Source of the DNA: Ptychomitrium polyphyllum
Lineage: Eukaryota
Assembly (NCBI GenBank): GCA_973851085.1
Contig: OZ316775.1
Location: 14,384,001-14,448,000 of the forward strand
Direction of reading: 5' to 3'
Length of the DNA stretch: 64,000 bases
Under the pieces are notes generated by a model that saw only the letters and a list, made by a program, of their open reading frames with translations, did not search any database and was not told where the DNA came from. Made by a program: the position numbers and the translations under genes. This document shows positions 26,815-40,600 of the stretch, in pieces (position 1 is the first letter of the stretch; every line of letters starts with the position of its first letter).

Positions 26815-29800
26815 TACTTTTTTTCTAAAACAGTGTGGGAACTGATCACCTGTCTGTAGTGCAGTTCAATTCCAACAATTAATTCTTTTGTTTAAGAACT
26901 CTGTAAATTTACTCTCATCTGTAGTTGCAATCAAACATTCTTTCACCTCTCTCAATGTCTGGAAAGTTGAACTAATTGGGGAATTTGGGGTTTTATTGAG
27001 CCGGACAGAGAACAGCCTACCTTGCTTCAAAGAGTGAGAACTGGAGCACCTGCGGACTTGAATCATACAGGTGAATCCAAACTTCAGTACCAGAGCTTAT
27101 TGCATCCAGGAAGCGGACTTCGTTAGTGTTGTGCAGAAGTTCTGTTCCCTGTTGCAACATACTTGCTAATTGTGAGGGTTACCATGTCCTATAGTTGCGA
27201 TTGAATGCAAGAAATTGACGGATAGTGAGGTCAGAGACTATATGCTACGAACTAAATATCGGGCGAGAGCAGGTAAGACATTGATAGAGGGTAGCGTGGG
27301 TACAGATGAGATGGGCTGCACAAGACGTCGCAAGCTACCGGTAATGATTTTTATTCTCCCCACTTTAGCACGATACCAGTCTTAGCGGTTCAGGATGGCC
27401 GGAGGAGCGAGCGTTGATTGCGACGAGTGACCTGAGATAAGTGGTAACTTCAAATTCATCTGAATATTCTTATCTTCTGGCACTTAAAAACAGAGCATGC
27501 CTGTTGTGGTTGCTACAATTCTGTGTGCAGGATCGGAGCAAAATGGTTCATCGGAATATGCACATTTTGTAACCAGGGCATCATTTCGTTGACTCCCCCC
27601 TTGAGTATCTACTTGCAGATTTCGGTGTTTCGGAGCGGCAAATTCGAAGCGGCTTTTGAGAGAACCAATCAACATGAATGGAACTAAGAAAATTAATTGC
27701 ACAAATTCTCTAACTATCCTCTCGGGCTGTTCAAAGATCGTGTGCATGAATTCCGTGGTACACATAAATGTGTGGACTTATACGTACGATCATCAGCAGA
27801 GCAGCCTTCTATTGTCATTCATCACTAGCCTTTTTGCCCACGGAGATCTCAGAGATAGATTAGGGTTTCCGTCTCTAGCGACAGCGTTAAGTGGCTGGGG
27901 CAACAAAGGCTGAAACGATTTAGCACTGGACTTTGCCAAGGTGTTAAATATGAACAGCAAAGCGTATCATTTCCAGACTGGAGTCGGTCTGTTTTAGGTG
28001 CAAAGCTTAACCATTAAGAGCATTCGTGTCGTCATTCATGTCGACCTCCTCCTTAGTAAAGTCACTGATCTTCAACAAGGGTACAACTACATGTGCCTAT
28101 TTGACACTGCAATTTCCTACAGTATGTACCCGGCAAAGTGCCTTGCCTTGAGCGACATCGAATCCCAGTACGAAATGTACTAGCACTTGATCAAAGTGAT
28201 GCTAAGATCTCCCACCGGTTTGAGAAGACAGATCTATCTCCTCACGTTCACATTGATAAATAGAAGCATGATTTACTACTTGAGGTGGGACCCAGCGCCG
28301 AAGAAGTTCGTTCTTTCGGTGCACTCATGGCGAGTTTTGGCTTGATTTGGGCGCTGATTGGTGCAAAACAAGCCCTACGCTCGTCGTCACACGTGCAAAG
28401 CCGGAAAACCCTCAAGTTTTGACTGTATCGGCCAAATCTTTCGATAATTAGAGTCTATGTATACCGTATGCTCGCCGCAGAGGCTTGATTCCTCAGTTGC
28501 ACCTCCAAATTTCCGTCACGAACTCGTAGCTTTGGAACATGATTTGCGTCAATGCTGAAATCCTGGGCTCGTACTAGGAAAGTCTTTTGTGGAATAAGGT
28601 ACCATAACTTACGGAATATCCTAAAACTTAGCCACTTGTTCACAATCGAAGCTGCATCAGGCTCATGTTGGCTCGAATAGGTACTTGCAATTGCTAACAC
28701 CAATTATATTACCAACAGTCAGTGCTATCGAGCACGTCCTTCTCAAATACTGGCAGAAAGTCTGTGCTTTGAGTTAGTGATTAGCTGACTGCTAAATTGC
28801 GATCGTAATGGTTCTCATTTGCTGCAAACGAAGAGAAAATCAACTTACGGAACTGAACTGCTACAAACCATCAGCCCAGATGCGGAGCCTGGTCCTTACA
28901 GGAGCATTGAACTTATGCCTGACAATTTGACAAGAACTTGCTCAATCCAGATCAAGTCCACCATAGAGTTGCAACCAGTTATGGAATAAAATGTTTTGTG
29001 GAAAGTCAAAACCAGGTCAAATGCTGTGCAATAAAGGACGAGTCGGTGCCGCTGGTGCCCTCGTGAGACCATACACTATGGTTTTATCACGCCGCCTCTT
29101 GTCTGCACCGAAGCATGCATAATAACGAATTTGTGGGGGCGGAAAGGCAGAGCGAAATCATAGCTACTTTCGGGTTGCATGGTCCTCAAGGGTCCTCAGG
29201 TGTCTGATGATTCGTCTAGAAATAGCGTGACTAAATTGTGTCAGTGCTAATTCCGTGGAAGCGGCATCCTTATACGCTAATTTAACGCACTTTCTCACAG
29301 AAACTTGGGGAAACAAAGAATCCATTTGTGAGAGCGGTTGCACTGGTTCTGCAGCAATAATTTTTACTACTTTTGGTAAAGGGAGAATTCTAAACGACCC
29401 TGGCGTCACTGATCCTGAACAGAGATTCACCTGAAGTACTTAACCTCGTTATATATGTAGTTCACCTGTTTGACTTCTTTACATGGAAGTAACAAGTTTG
29501 GGAGTGAATTTTGGTCAGTATTTTCAGTAGGCTGTATTTGTTTCAGGAAATGATATTTTATTTGTTTCCGAAAAATTGAAATTAGATTAAATTAAACTAA
29601 ATGTTAATAAATAAGTGGGGTATCTTACAGGATGATAGGTGCAAACTAGTCGAAATGGTTGCATAAATAAGCAGGTTAGTTAGAAATTCCATTCAGTTTA
29701 CAACCTCACTGTTCCAGTCAAGAGAACCAAGTGAACTTGCCAAATTGGGATGAATTTTCAGCACAAGTCAGGCGCCGTAACCTTGAAATTTGCAGGTGGT

Positions 29801-30535
29801 ATCCGAAAAGGGGAGGTGACTTAAAATATAGCTCCGCGCTGCTGTAACTGGATTGCACAGTGATCTACGGCAACGTCGCACTAGCAAGCAGCTAACAGCC
29901 GCCTCCCTTCGAAAACTGGAGTAACAACGGTTCCAGATTCGCATGGACATCCCCGAGGCAGTATTATAAAAAAGCTTCACCTGCAGCATCAGATACTCAT
30001 CACATTCTCCGTCTGTGCTGAAGTCACCCCAAGGCATCCTGGAGCTCTCCTTTATCTTCACCCTCGGGGAACAACTTTGTTCGGGCTTTGATGAGTTGTT
30101 GAGCAGGAACTAAGACGGTTCTCACTTCCTGCCTCTCAAAGCAGGTATGATTATTGGTTAACATCATCACACTACTTCTTGACACATCTGGAATACGATG
30201 TCCTTGATAGACTTCATTTCGACTTCTCTTTTGGACTCATTTCAGATTCACTTAAGACTGTATATTATCATCTTTCCAAAACGTCTTGTGTTAATTGCAT
30301 CTTAGCTACTGAAGTGTGTCATGATTCAGCAATCCGCTACCTGTTATTGTATGACGTAGCCTTCACCTTCAGTTGATTTCTTTCATGGAAAATAGTCCAG
30401 CTTCCATGTCTTGAACTCTCAATCACCATGAATTCAGATTCAATCAACTAAGTATGTGATGCTGATATATTAATTTGCAGATTTCAAGTGCACTTGCAAC
30501 TACACTGCCAAAAACAGGGTCCGACCATTACCGAA

Positions 30536-32420
30536 ATGTCGACCAAGGGACTCGTACCAGTGTTGATGCTCATACTGGTGCTAGCTTCGCAGTGGACATG
30601 CCTCCACGCGAGGTCCATGCCTGGAGACTACGACACGTCGGAGTCTGTCCCCACCCACGGCGGCTACCAGGATTCTCAAGACCCCGCTACTCTCTTCGAC
30701 ACCCAGTCCGACACGCCCAGCTTCGCAGCCGAATTGGACACCTCTGGGAAGACTTGGAACTCCCAAACATTCGCCTCTCAAGACCTTGTCGGCGCACCAG
30801 ACGCGACTCAGCAGAGCACATACAACTACGACAGCTTCGCCTCCACGGACTCGGCTGACCAGCTCGACGAAGGTGTCTTCGTAGACTCTCCTGAGACTGT
30901 GCAAGCTGACCCCACCGCCATCAGCTTCGCAGCTAATACCACTACTAGTAACGATCTTGGTGAGGAGGCGTACTTCGACACGTCGAATGCAGGCACCATC
31001 TACAAGGCCAATGACGAGTAAGTCCATTTTTACTCCTTCAATGAATCATTTGCACCTCTGACTGCGAATTTTCAGTTCAAGTAGCTATATGAAATGAGAG
31101 CTTGTTATTTTGGGAATATCCTCTGTTTCTGTTCAAGATTTGTGGTTGTGATGCATGGTTTGTTTCTGGCAGTGGATTGAGCCTTGCTTCTACCGACGTG
31201 ATGAATGTGACTTCCGCTGACGAGCAGCTCGCCTCTCTGGCTAAGGTTATGGGCGGGTGCGGCACGGGTAACCCCATTGACGATTGCTGGCGTTGCGACC
31301 CGAATTGGCGCAGCCATCGCCAGGCGCTCGCTAGCTGCGGTATAGGATTCGGAAGAAATGCCATCGGCGGGAAGAATGGGCCCATCTATACCGTAACCAG
31401 CAACGCAGACGACACGCAGAACCCCCAGCCCGGAACTCTGCGCTACGGCGTGACCCGAAATGGCCCTCTGTGGATCATCTTCGCCAAGAGCATGAACATC
31501 CAGCTGAATGGCGAACTTTGGGTGTCGGCGTACAAGACTATTGACGGGCGCGGCGTCGAGGTGCACATCACGGGGGGGTCGCAGATCACGATCCAGAAAA
31601 CCAACAATGTCATCCTCCACGGGCTCTACATTCACGACATCAAGCCTTCGGGGCCGTCCACTATCCGCGTCTCGCCGTCGCAAGTGGTCAACCGCGGCAA
31701 GTCGGACGGCGACGGCATCCACATCTGGGGCTCCAAGGATGTGTGGGTGGACCACTGCTACCTCGCCAAAGCAACCGATGGGTTGCTTGATGTCACTCGC
31801 GGATCCACCATGGTCACGATCTCCAACTGCCTTTTCGAGAATCACAACAAGGTCATATTGCTTGGTGCCGCCCCAGACCACACGTTTGACAGAGCCATGA
31901 GAGTGACGGTGGCGTTCAACAACTTCGGAGCCGGCCTCATCCAACGCTTGCCGAGGTATGCCAACAATCCCTATCATACTCCATTTGCAATCAGGGTTGA
32001 GGAAAAATTTGGAACAGATAAGTTTATGGTTTAAGGTTACTCAATGTGGTCGTGTGTTTGATGAGCAGATGCCGATTCGGAGTGTTCCACATCTTGAACA
32101 ACGACTACTCAGCGGGCTGGGACATGTACGCGATCGGAGGCAGCGAAGACCCCACCATTCTGAGCCAAGGCAACCTGTTCAACCCCAGCGGAAAGAAAGA
32201 GGTTACAAAGCGCATCAATGACAACGGACCCACATTCGGAGGTTGGCAGCAGTGGAACTGGGCGTCGAGTGGGGACATTTTTTTGAAGGGAGCGTATTTC
32301 ACTGGCTCCGGTGCCAAGGCCTCCTCCGCTGGCGTCTATGCCAAAGCCTTCAGTGCATCGTCGCGCCCTGCTAGCCTCGTCCCTGCCATTACCCGAAGCG
32401 CGGGTCCCCTGAAGATGTAG
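30536..32420 (+). CDS. Pectate lyase (PL1), 3 exons, ~538 aa, with signal peptide and long acidic N-terminal extension
   Basis: Exons 30536-31017, 31173-31955 and 32069-32420 sum to 1617 nt in frame with GT-AG introns. Motifs TGNPIDDCWRCD, GFGRNAIGGKNG, KTIDGRG, SDGDGI, WVDH, DGLLD and spliced QRLPRCRFG. Confidence 0.93.
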
Positions 32421-33433
32421 AGCATCAAAGCTTCAGATGTAAGATGAGATCACAACGGACACGCAGAGGCTGCGCTTGCAGTAGCCCGGGTATGTTTGTT
32501 GGAGAACATGCAACCTCCTCAGTCAAGCTGGTGAACTTCGTAGTTTCCAGTTTGTGAGTGAAAAGTTGATAGTTCATAGTGCAAGTTTGGATAGATAAGT
32601 GTTTAATATGTGCAACCACTCCCACAGAGACAATCGAGGTTGTCTTGGGTAGATGAGTTGGTATTTAGAGTCGAGTTGCAATGCATCGATCAATGAAGAT
32701 GAGTTGCAAGTATGCAGCTCTATTAATCGACCGCTAATGTGGAGCCTGGTGCTGGAGAGTGAAGAGTTGGTTCTGGTAATCGACCTCACTGAAGCCCTCT
32801 CCGGATGTAGAAGTGTTGGTTTTTACTGTTTAGTAAGTTCGTGATGAATCCTGGTACCAGGCTCACGTGGGAAGTGAATGTGAGATGATGTCTTTCCATT
32901 CAGTTTTGTAATGAGGAAACGTTGTGAGGTCTTCATCTGGCCATGGCCAGTTTTAATGGGAAGTGGATATCATGAGCACAACTTTGAGTTAGCTGAAATA
33001 CCTTGGGTTACAAATTTGAGCTAGTTTATTCATTGTTGTCGTGCTTGGATCATAGTAATCATCTCGGCTCTTACATCGCATCTTTGCTCTTTCTTCGGGT
33101 CTCAAGTGCTTCTGACTAATCTGATACATAACTGCGTAGTTTCTCCAAGTTGCATGTTACGTTTTCTGCATGTACTTGTCTAAAACCATATTTTTCAGCT
33201 TATTTTGTTAGATCCTCCTCACTGCTTGCAAGACAAATCTAATTGTTTGAGGATTTTGCCAAGTAATTGCATTTAATGAGAACCACAAACTGAGTTTTTG
33301 GTGAGGTATATATCTGCATTTTTCAGATATTTATCAGAATTTGGAGAGCACTTACAAGTGCATGAAAGTGATGACAGACAGAAGGTTAAGGCTCGTTCTT
33401 AGACATACCGTGATATATTGGTGAGGTATATAT

Positions 33434-33502
33434 CTATATTAGTGTTATTTTGAGTACTATGTTAGTGTTATTTTGATTTTACTCAAAATAACACTAATAT
33501 AG
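33434..33502. repeat. Perfect 23-bp inverted repeat with an internal partial direct copy
   Basis: ctatattagtgttattttgagta (33434-33456) / tactcaaaataacactaatatag (33480-33502); the loop repeats ttagtgttattttga. Confidence 0.85.
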
Positions 33503-34554
33503 TACTCAACTAGCACTACTCAAATATGAGAAGCATACCCAAACACGTCATGGATTCCAAAACCGGCACAATCTACCAAACCTGTACACTTGAAATGTCA
33601 AATCTACAAAAAGTTGTAGAATTATTTAAATGATTCATTTGTACACGCGTTCCGTCACCGAGCGCAGTCAACAGTGGAGAGAATATGGAGGCACACTCAA
33701 AATTGTCAAAGAATTGAAATCCGATGCCATCTACAAATCGCTCACATTGACAGATATAAAGACCATGAACGCGTAGAATCTTAGACAGTGATTGTTTTGG
33801 GGGCATGCGTCACATCGCTCCTCTGCGCCCATCACATCGAGATCGGAACCTCGACTGCGCAGCCCCGCCAGCGGAAATAGTAACAAACCAAAACCCCGTC
33901 GAGTAGACCGCAAGAAGTATGTGCTATGGTGCAACACGTGGGCGAAAACGGTACGCAGTCATCGTTGGAGGGAAGAGTCCTCATGAGATACTACACTACG
34001 GGGTTCAGGATCTCTTCGCCGTGCAGAGTGAACTTTTCTATCATTACCTGAGTACACCCCAGGTATTACACGAGTAAACACAGATTATGAACATGATATC
34101 GCAGGGTATTTGGATATTATCCAGGATACCACTTAAGAACGATCACGTCCGGTTATGGAATCGTTTGATTGTTCCATAGGTGTTCTTGGAATATCTTCCT
34201 ACGTGAGGCTGAAGAATCTTAAGAGCTGAAGAGCGCTTGTGAGCCAGAGCTCCGTATCTATACCGACTAGACTGTCAGCCGGGTATCTTATCACTGTTAA
34301 TCGTAAGAAGAAACATAGTATGAACATAGTATGACCTAGGTATCGACCCGAAACTTGATGACTAAAGCTCTCTGCGTCCGCTTTCTTGTTCCTTTGTATG
34401 CATGGGCAGAGCTTTTGTGCGCCGAAGCTCTGCGCGTCGCCACTCTAGGAGAAATCACGCTCTATTGCAAGCACAAGAGTACAGATTCACTCTTTCGTAG
34501 TACCTGACTTCCAATTCTGTAGAGGTCGAGAGTCACGAGGCGTTTGATTTAGTT

Positions 34555-34557
<3 letters not shown>

Positions 34558-34640
<83 letters not shown>
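34558..34640 (+). repeat. (GA)n microsatellite just upstream of the GDT1-like gene
   Basis: About 80 nt of GA dinucleotides with two interruptions, ~40 nt before ATG 34679. Confidence 0.95.
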
Positions 34641-34678
34641 CCACCAACTATTGGTTGAAAGAACATCCAGATCTGGCC

Positions 34679-37668
34679 ATGGCGTCCGTGCACGCCATGC
34701 GCTTGGTCGTGTTGCTGCTCTTGCTTCCTTGTCTCGTCGCTCAGCAGCAGGTATGGTTTTCTTATTCAGTGTCGGATATTCTTAAGAACAGGGTTTTTGT
34801 GAGTGCTCGGAAAGGGGTACGAGAGCTTTTGGAAAGGAATAAGCTTTGGGAGAGTTTGATGATGCCCCTTGGTTTAGGGTTTGGATTGAAATGGAGTCCT
34901 TTGAGTGCGAGAATCAGGGTGGCTTTTTTATGTGGTTAGTGGCTGTTGTGGGCAGTTGGGGACCAACTGATCTGTGGGTTTGATTGGGTGCTTGGTGGTG
35001 TCTGCAGGTGGAGAATGCTGATGAGGGCGTGGATGCTGTTTCTGGAGAGTCCGACACTGTTTTTCGACGTAATAAAGTACGATCTGGTTTTGATCTGTTG
35101 AAGGATAATAAGCTTACGGCTCTATGTGGCATTCTGTTTTTCTCATGCATCTCAAGAAATATTGGGAGTTGTGGGGTTATTGGGCTCTAGAAGCTGTTCA
35201 TCGAGGTTGATATGCCTGTGCATGAAGTAGCTTATGAACCAAGTGATTGGACTAGTCGTGGGGAGTATCAGATGTGAATGTGCCATGCACTTGAGGGTGT
35301 TGTTCGATCTGGAATTCAATCTAGGGTTATGAATGACGTCTTCATGGGGTGCTATTCCGACGACATTCGAGACCCATATTGGGAGAAATTTGTATACTCC
35401 TTTCGTTTTGTGCATATTCGTGTTCTGTTGTGAAGCGGAGTTATTTATGAGAATGTTGACAGTAGATACTCTTATTCTTCCTACTTCCTAGGCCTTATCG
35501 ATGTTTGTGGGAACTTAGTATGGCGGTTTATGTAGGTAAATTTTAGTCACTAAATGTAGTGGGCATTCGTAAGGATGTGGAGCTGCCTTCTAATCTGCTT
35601 TGCTGAGCTTTGTTTTCCCCCGTTCAGTGTGATGTGGGGGTGGAATCAGCTTTTGAGAAAGAAATTATAGAGTGTCATTGGTTGACATTGTGCAGCTGAT
35701 AATGAACAAGAATGACGTATTTCCTACGGAGAAGAAAGTAGCAGGAATAGACGAAGTCGCGAAAGCAGCCGCAGCTGGTGGCAACGGGTTTACGGATGCC
35801 ACCTTTTCAAGTTTTTCTATGATCCTAGTTAGTGAGGTATCTATGGGCGTGAACGTGGCCATTCAATCTCTTAAAAATATCTTCTGCCGTTGTTTCTGCA
35901 AATTGTGATGCCTCTGGTTTTTTTTTTTTATTGTTATAAAGTCTCCTTAAGTCTTTGCAGCAGTATTGTGCGTGCTGGTTTATCTTTATTGATCTGTGTA
36001 TAACTCATGCCATCTGTTTCGTTAGATTGGCGATGAAACTTTTATCATTGCAGCCCTAATGGCAATGAGACATCCTCGATCCATTGTGCTTTCTGGAGCA
36101 CTATCTGCTCTTATCATCATGACTGTAAGTTCTGCAGTACCCTGGCATATAAGGTTACTGACGTTTTGTAAGTATCTGGAAGAGTTTTGTGTATTAGTGA
36201 GGTTATTTCAAGTTCAACTGTAGGATGGATTCAGAACGAGTTACTTCTAAAGACGGAGCGGCTACATTGTAGAATTTTACGTATCTGATTGACGGCTCAA
36301 GAGCCTTGGCTTGATTTAGAGATAGATGATTCCATCCAGATGTTACTTTCAGACAAACCCCTTACGTTCGTTTTTTATGGTACTGAAATACAGATTTTGT
36401 CAACTGGACTTGGTGTAATAGTGCCCAATTTAATATCACAACATGTCATCAACAAACTTGCAACAGGTTTTTATTTTTGAGTCCTTTTTCTCAGTGCTTG
36501 GGACAACTTCTGCCGCCCATCTTACATAGTCGTCTTATATTTCGTTGAAGGGGTTTTGAAAGGGTAAGATCACTGATGTGAATGGTTGAATGTTTTCTAA
36601 GGAGTGTAGAAGTGTACCATATTGGACGGCAAAGCTTACTTTTTTTCAATGGTGGTGACAGGACTCTACACCTTTTTTGGACTTCGGCTGCTTTACATTG
36701 CATGGATGGCTGGCGCCCATAGTACTCCCCAGAAGGAGCTCGAAGAAGTGAGTAATATCCATTTTCTTCGTCTTTGCTCAAGTTCACCTCATGTACCATA
36801 AAACTGCTGATCTCGTTTCTGTCAAATCTGGATAGAAGTACTTCGGTTACAAGTAATACGTGTGGAGATGTTCAAGTAAATATGTTAATTTCAAGCCTGA
36901 AACGAGATTTCAGAACTGGAAGTCTCCACGGTATTATCCTACCTAGAGATACGTCTCCTTGGTTTTGAGTCAATATTCTTGACTCGGTCTTTTTCACGGA
37001 CATTGGTGCAGGTTGAGGAGAAACTGGAAGGAGGACCTCAGAAGAAGAATCTATTCCGTCGCATTTTTTCTCGCTTCTGTACTCCCATATTCCTTGAGGT
37101 GCGAATTCATACTAAGGATTGCCAATTTGTGAATAGACAAATTTGCCACTCTTCATGTATCTATTTTTGAAAGATTTAGGTTTCAATGTGGTGCAATATG
37201 GTACTTGCAAACACTTCATACTGTTTTGGTGGGCTTCTGCAGTCCTTCATTTTGACTTTCTTGGCAGAATGGGGAGATCGAAGCCAACTTGCAACTATTG
37301 CAGTATGTACTCCTGACTTTCTTCATTGTTTGTCTATCATGGTCCAGACATTTAGTTTTATATGTACTATTTCTATTCTTTTTGTTGAACCAAAGCTTGA
37401 TTTTTGTTCTTTTATGTCACTATATATTCTAGAAATACAGGCCCTTGAGCTGAGATTTTTTTGTTTGTGTCAATTTCAGCTTGCAATGCACAAAAATCCT
37501 TTTGGAGTGACGCTCGGTGCAATTGTTGGACACACAATGTGTACCTCTGTTGCTGTGGTGGGAGGTCGACTTCTAGCTTTGAAAATATCTCAACGGACTG
37601 TTGCTACAGTTGGAGGCTGTTTGTTCTTATGTTTTGCATTGAACTCCTACTTCTACCCTCCTTTGTAA
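34679..37668 (+). CDS. GDT1: GDT1/TMEM165 (UPF0016) Ca2+/Mn2+ transporter, secretory-pathway type, 9 exons, ~291 aa
   Basis: Exons 34679-34750, 35008-35076, 35696-35836, 36026-36124, 36394-36466, 36662-36747, 37012-37098, 37243-37302 and 37480-37668 sum to 876 nt in frame. Both family motifs are present (spliced SE|IGDETF and AEWGDRSQ), plus an N-terminal signal peptide. Confidence 0.92.
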
Positions 37669-40600
37669 CCTAAGAAATCCCCCATTTTTATCAAACCAGA
37701 TCCTTCTCTAGCCAATCTACGACAGTGTACCTTATTGACATTTTTGATTTATTACCAACTGCTATGTTAGCGATGAAAGCACTGGGTTTGTCTAACAGCA
37801 TCAGTTTAGAACACTTTACTATGATGGGACTTCCTCCACCTGTGACGGCTAGCGTTAGTTCAGGATTGGAAATTCTAGTCTTTGTAATTGATGCTTGGAT
37901 AAGGCTGCGAGCAAAATATTTTGTCCAGGAGAGAAAGAAGTCCTGGTTTCTCACCACCAATTCTTTTGAAGCTGTCGCATTTCAGCTTAGATTTCCAATT
38001 TGGAATGGTGTATGGATGATGCTGGGCGGATGTCGATGGTGTTTGGATGTAGGTCGTTAACTCACTTTTCTTTTGCTTTATAACCGTCGAATTGTTTTCT
38101 GGTGATGCAGATGCGATGCATTATCTGGTGTAGTATTTCTGTGTTTTACTCGAGAGGCGAACAAGGTGTTTTCGAACTGATGGATTGCGTTCCTAACCGG
38201 GCCCTTTCCAGGCAGCCACCTGCTTTCAGTCGATGTCTTTTTCAATGTTTAATAATGAGTCGGCAGTTCGATAATTTACCGGTACTTGATTTTAATCGGA
38301 AAGCTTGACGTGGTGGTTGTCTATTTCACTACGGTACAGTACTGTACGATTCTACTGTTACATGCAGATTTAGCCATGCGTAAATATCTCAAATCTGCCA
38401 AAATAATGAGTATAGACAATTTACTGCTTGTCTCGTGAACGGCTCGCCGGGTGTTCACTTACACGGAGCCAGTTCCACTGCCTCTGACGTTAGCACCTGC
38501 CTCTACAGGTCGCCTCGTCTTCGCTGTATGCCAATTTTCTCGCAACACCAGTCGGTCGAGCAAGCTAGCCACCATAATTCTTCAGCACACTAGCAGGAGA
38601 CGTCGGTTCAGCTGCTGGATTTCCTCTGTTCTCTCGAGTGTTCGAATCAGTGATGCAACATGAGCGTCGGTTTTAGTTCGGATAGAGTGGCGATCGATCA
38701 CAGGGTTGTTTCCACGGGATTGCCGTCGCGAAACGATCATGAGGGAGAGTGTATGTTGCCAGCGAAGGGATGCAGGAGACATTTTAATGTATTTGGTGTG
38801 AGTTGGTTGCTTGCGTGATCCATAATCCACGCACATGGTGCTTTTAACCTTATATAGTTAAAAAAGAGAGAGAGATCCGTGTCGACTCCGTTCCCACGTG
38901 AGTGCGAGCCTCAGTATGAATTCAGAGGTATTTCTTTGTCTGACTGTTGCTGCTGCAAAGACGGTGCTCAATTCGGAAAAGTAAATTTATGCGCTGGAAA
39001 TCTTCAAGAAGGGGTGCCAACCTTGGACGAACTCACGCCTGAAAACATGTCGTGCCTGTCTTACAGGCACTCTTCAACTCTCCTATTGTTTCTACTTAAT
39101 TTTTTGTTTACCCTTTCATCTGTCTGTAGTACCTTAATGCCCTTGGCCTAATATACTTGATCATTGCTCTGATCCTACTTAGTCGTTAATCTGAACTTCA
39201 GAATGCTCTATTCCCTTCTTCCTACTCTAGAATGCAACTCTAGAGTGAGAATTTTTATCTTAAGAAGAACTCATCCAATTTCAGAAACAGCTCATGACAG
39301 GTTGCTACATCACGCAGGGTAGATATGTGGTAAAGGAAATGAAGGCTGCGTTGTTTGACAATGGATTTCATGCACTTCATTGTGGAGTTTTGCCCATGGG
39401 GTGTCGAAACCAGCTTTTCGACTTTGAATGCAGAGCTTTAGCCACGTGTCCGTGATTATGTGCAGAGAGCTCAGACCGTAGCTCTTCCAGGGGTCACGCA
39501 GGAGTCTTAGAATCTCTTTGTGAGACGGCCCGGATCCGTTTGTGCAAAACTTATTCGTGTTGGGTCATGGCGAGCAAGTGAAATATCTGGATATACAGAG
39601 TGGGGCTGCGAAAGCTGCACTTCCATGCGATACCCCGCTAACTGAAAGGGCAAGCTGCAGGCATGGAGAGTTGGGAGAGAGATCAGGCCGGAGGCTTTGG
39701 AATGTAACTCGTGGTCACCCTTCTTTCCCTCTCTTCTTAGGAATCCCAGCCTGGTTCTCAAGTCGGTGTCCATCGCTATAGCCAACTTCTTGGACAATGT
39801 CTCCTTTGTGCGGTGCGTACTACGGATCAATGACGCGTCGCCACTCATGTGAGCTCCGAAACCAGCTCTAGCCACAGCTCATCTGGTTCTTGCACGCCAA
39901 ACTTTCTTGTAAGCATAAAGTAGCACCTTTCAGTATTGGACAAATTCGGGATTAGGGATTGTCGTACCAACCAAGTGAGTTCATGTAGTTTGCGTAGTGG
40001 CCAAGTGCATTGAGTACAGCTAGCATCGCAGATAGGTCTGTGAAGGGAGGGAATCAAAGTTCAAGAATGGCGTTCAAGAATAGCATCTTTGGTAGCCATT
40101 CGATAGGAAGATCTCTTGTAATGTGGAACTTAGAAGATGTGCTTGATCTGGAGACTGACTGCCGCTTGAACGAAGATGCTGCACACACCCCAAGCATCTA
40201 TGTCTGCATCTTAGCTTGATGATTGCTATGCAAGGAAGTAATTTTGGACATGGATGAAGTAAACAATATTTACAAATTATAATTTCTTTAAGTATTGGAA
40301 AGTGTTCTTTATGATTTATCCTTGTAGAAAAACATGCAAAAACTGGTATGAATGTTATAATAATCTTAATGACTTCTTAAAATACCTTCTTCCAAAAGAT
40401 AATTTCATAGTTTAGAGATTGAAGGAAATTGTATGTTTCAAGTATTAAATATTAAAAAAATTATGTAATAGGTGACAAAAAATGTAGAAAACATCATTAG
40501 AAATAGCCTTATTGCAACTCAACAAAGCTTCTTTTTACAACCTTCTTCCAAATTATTTTACTTAGTATGATATCAATCTAAAAAACGGACCTCTATCATA

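Noticed and set aside
34553..34678. Poly-(ER) N-terminus of ORF 34553
   Set aside because: Translation of the (GA)n microsatellite; the credible start is ATG 34679, followed by a signal peptide.
39400..39900. GC-richer stretch with several ORFs between the GDT1 and AGO genes
   Set aside because: No recognisable domain or consistent exon chain in any frame.
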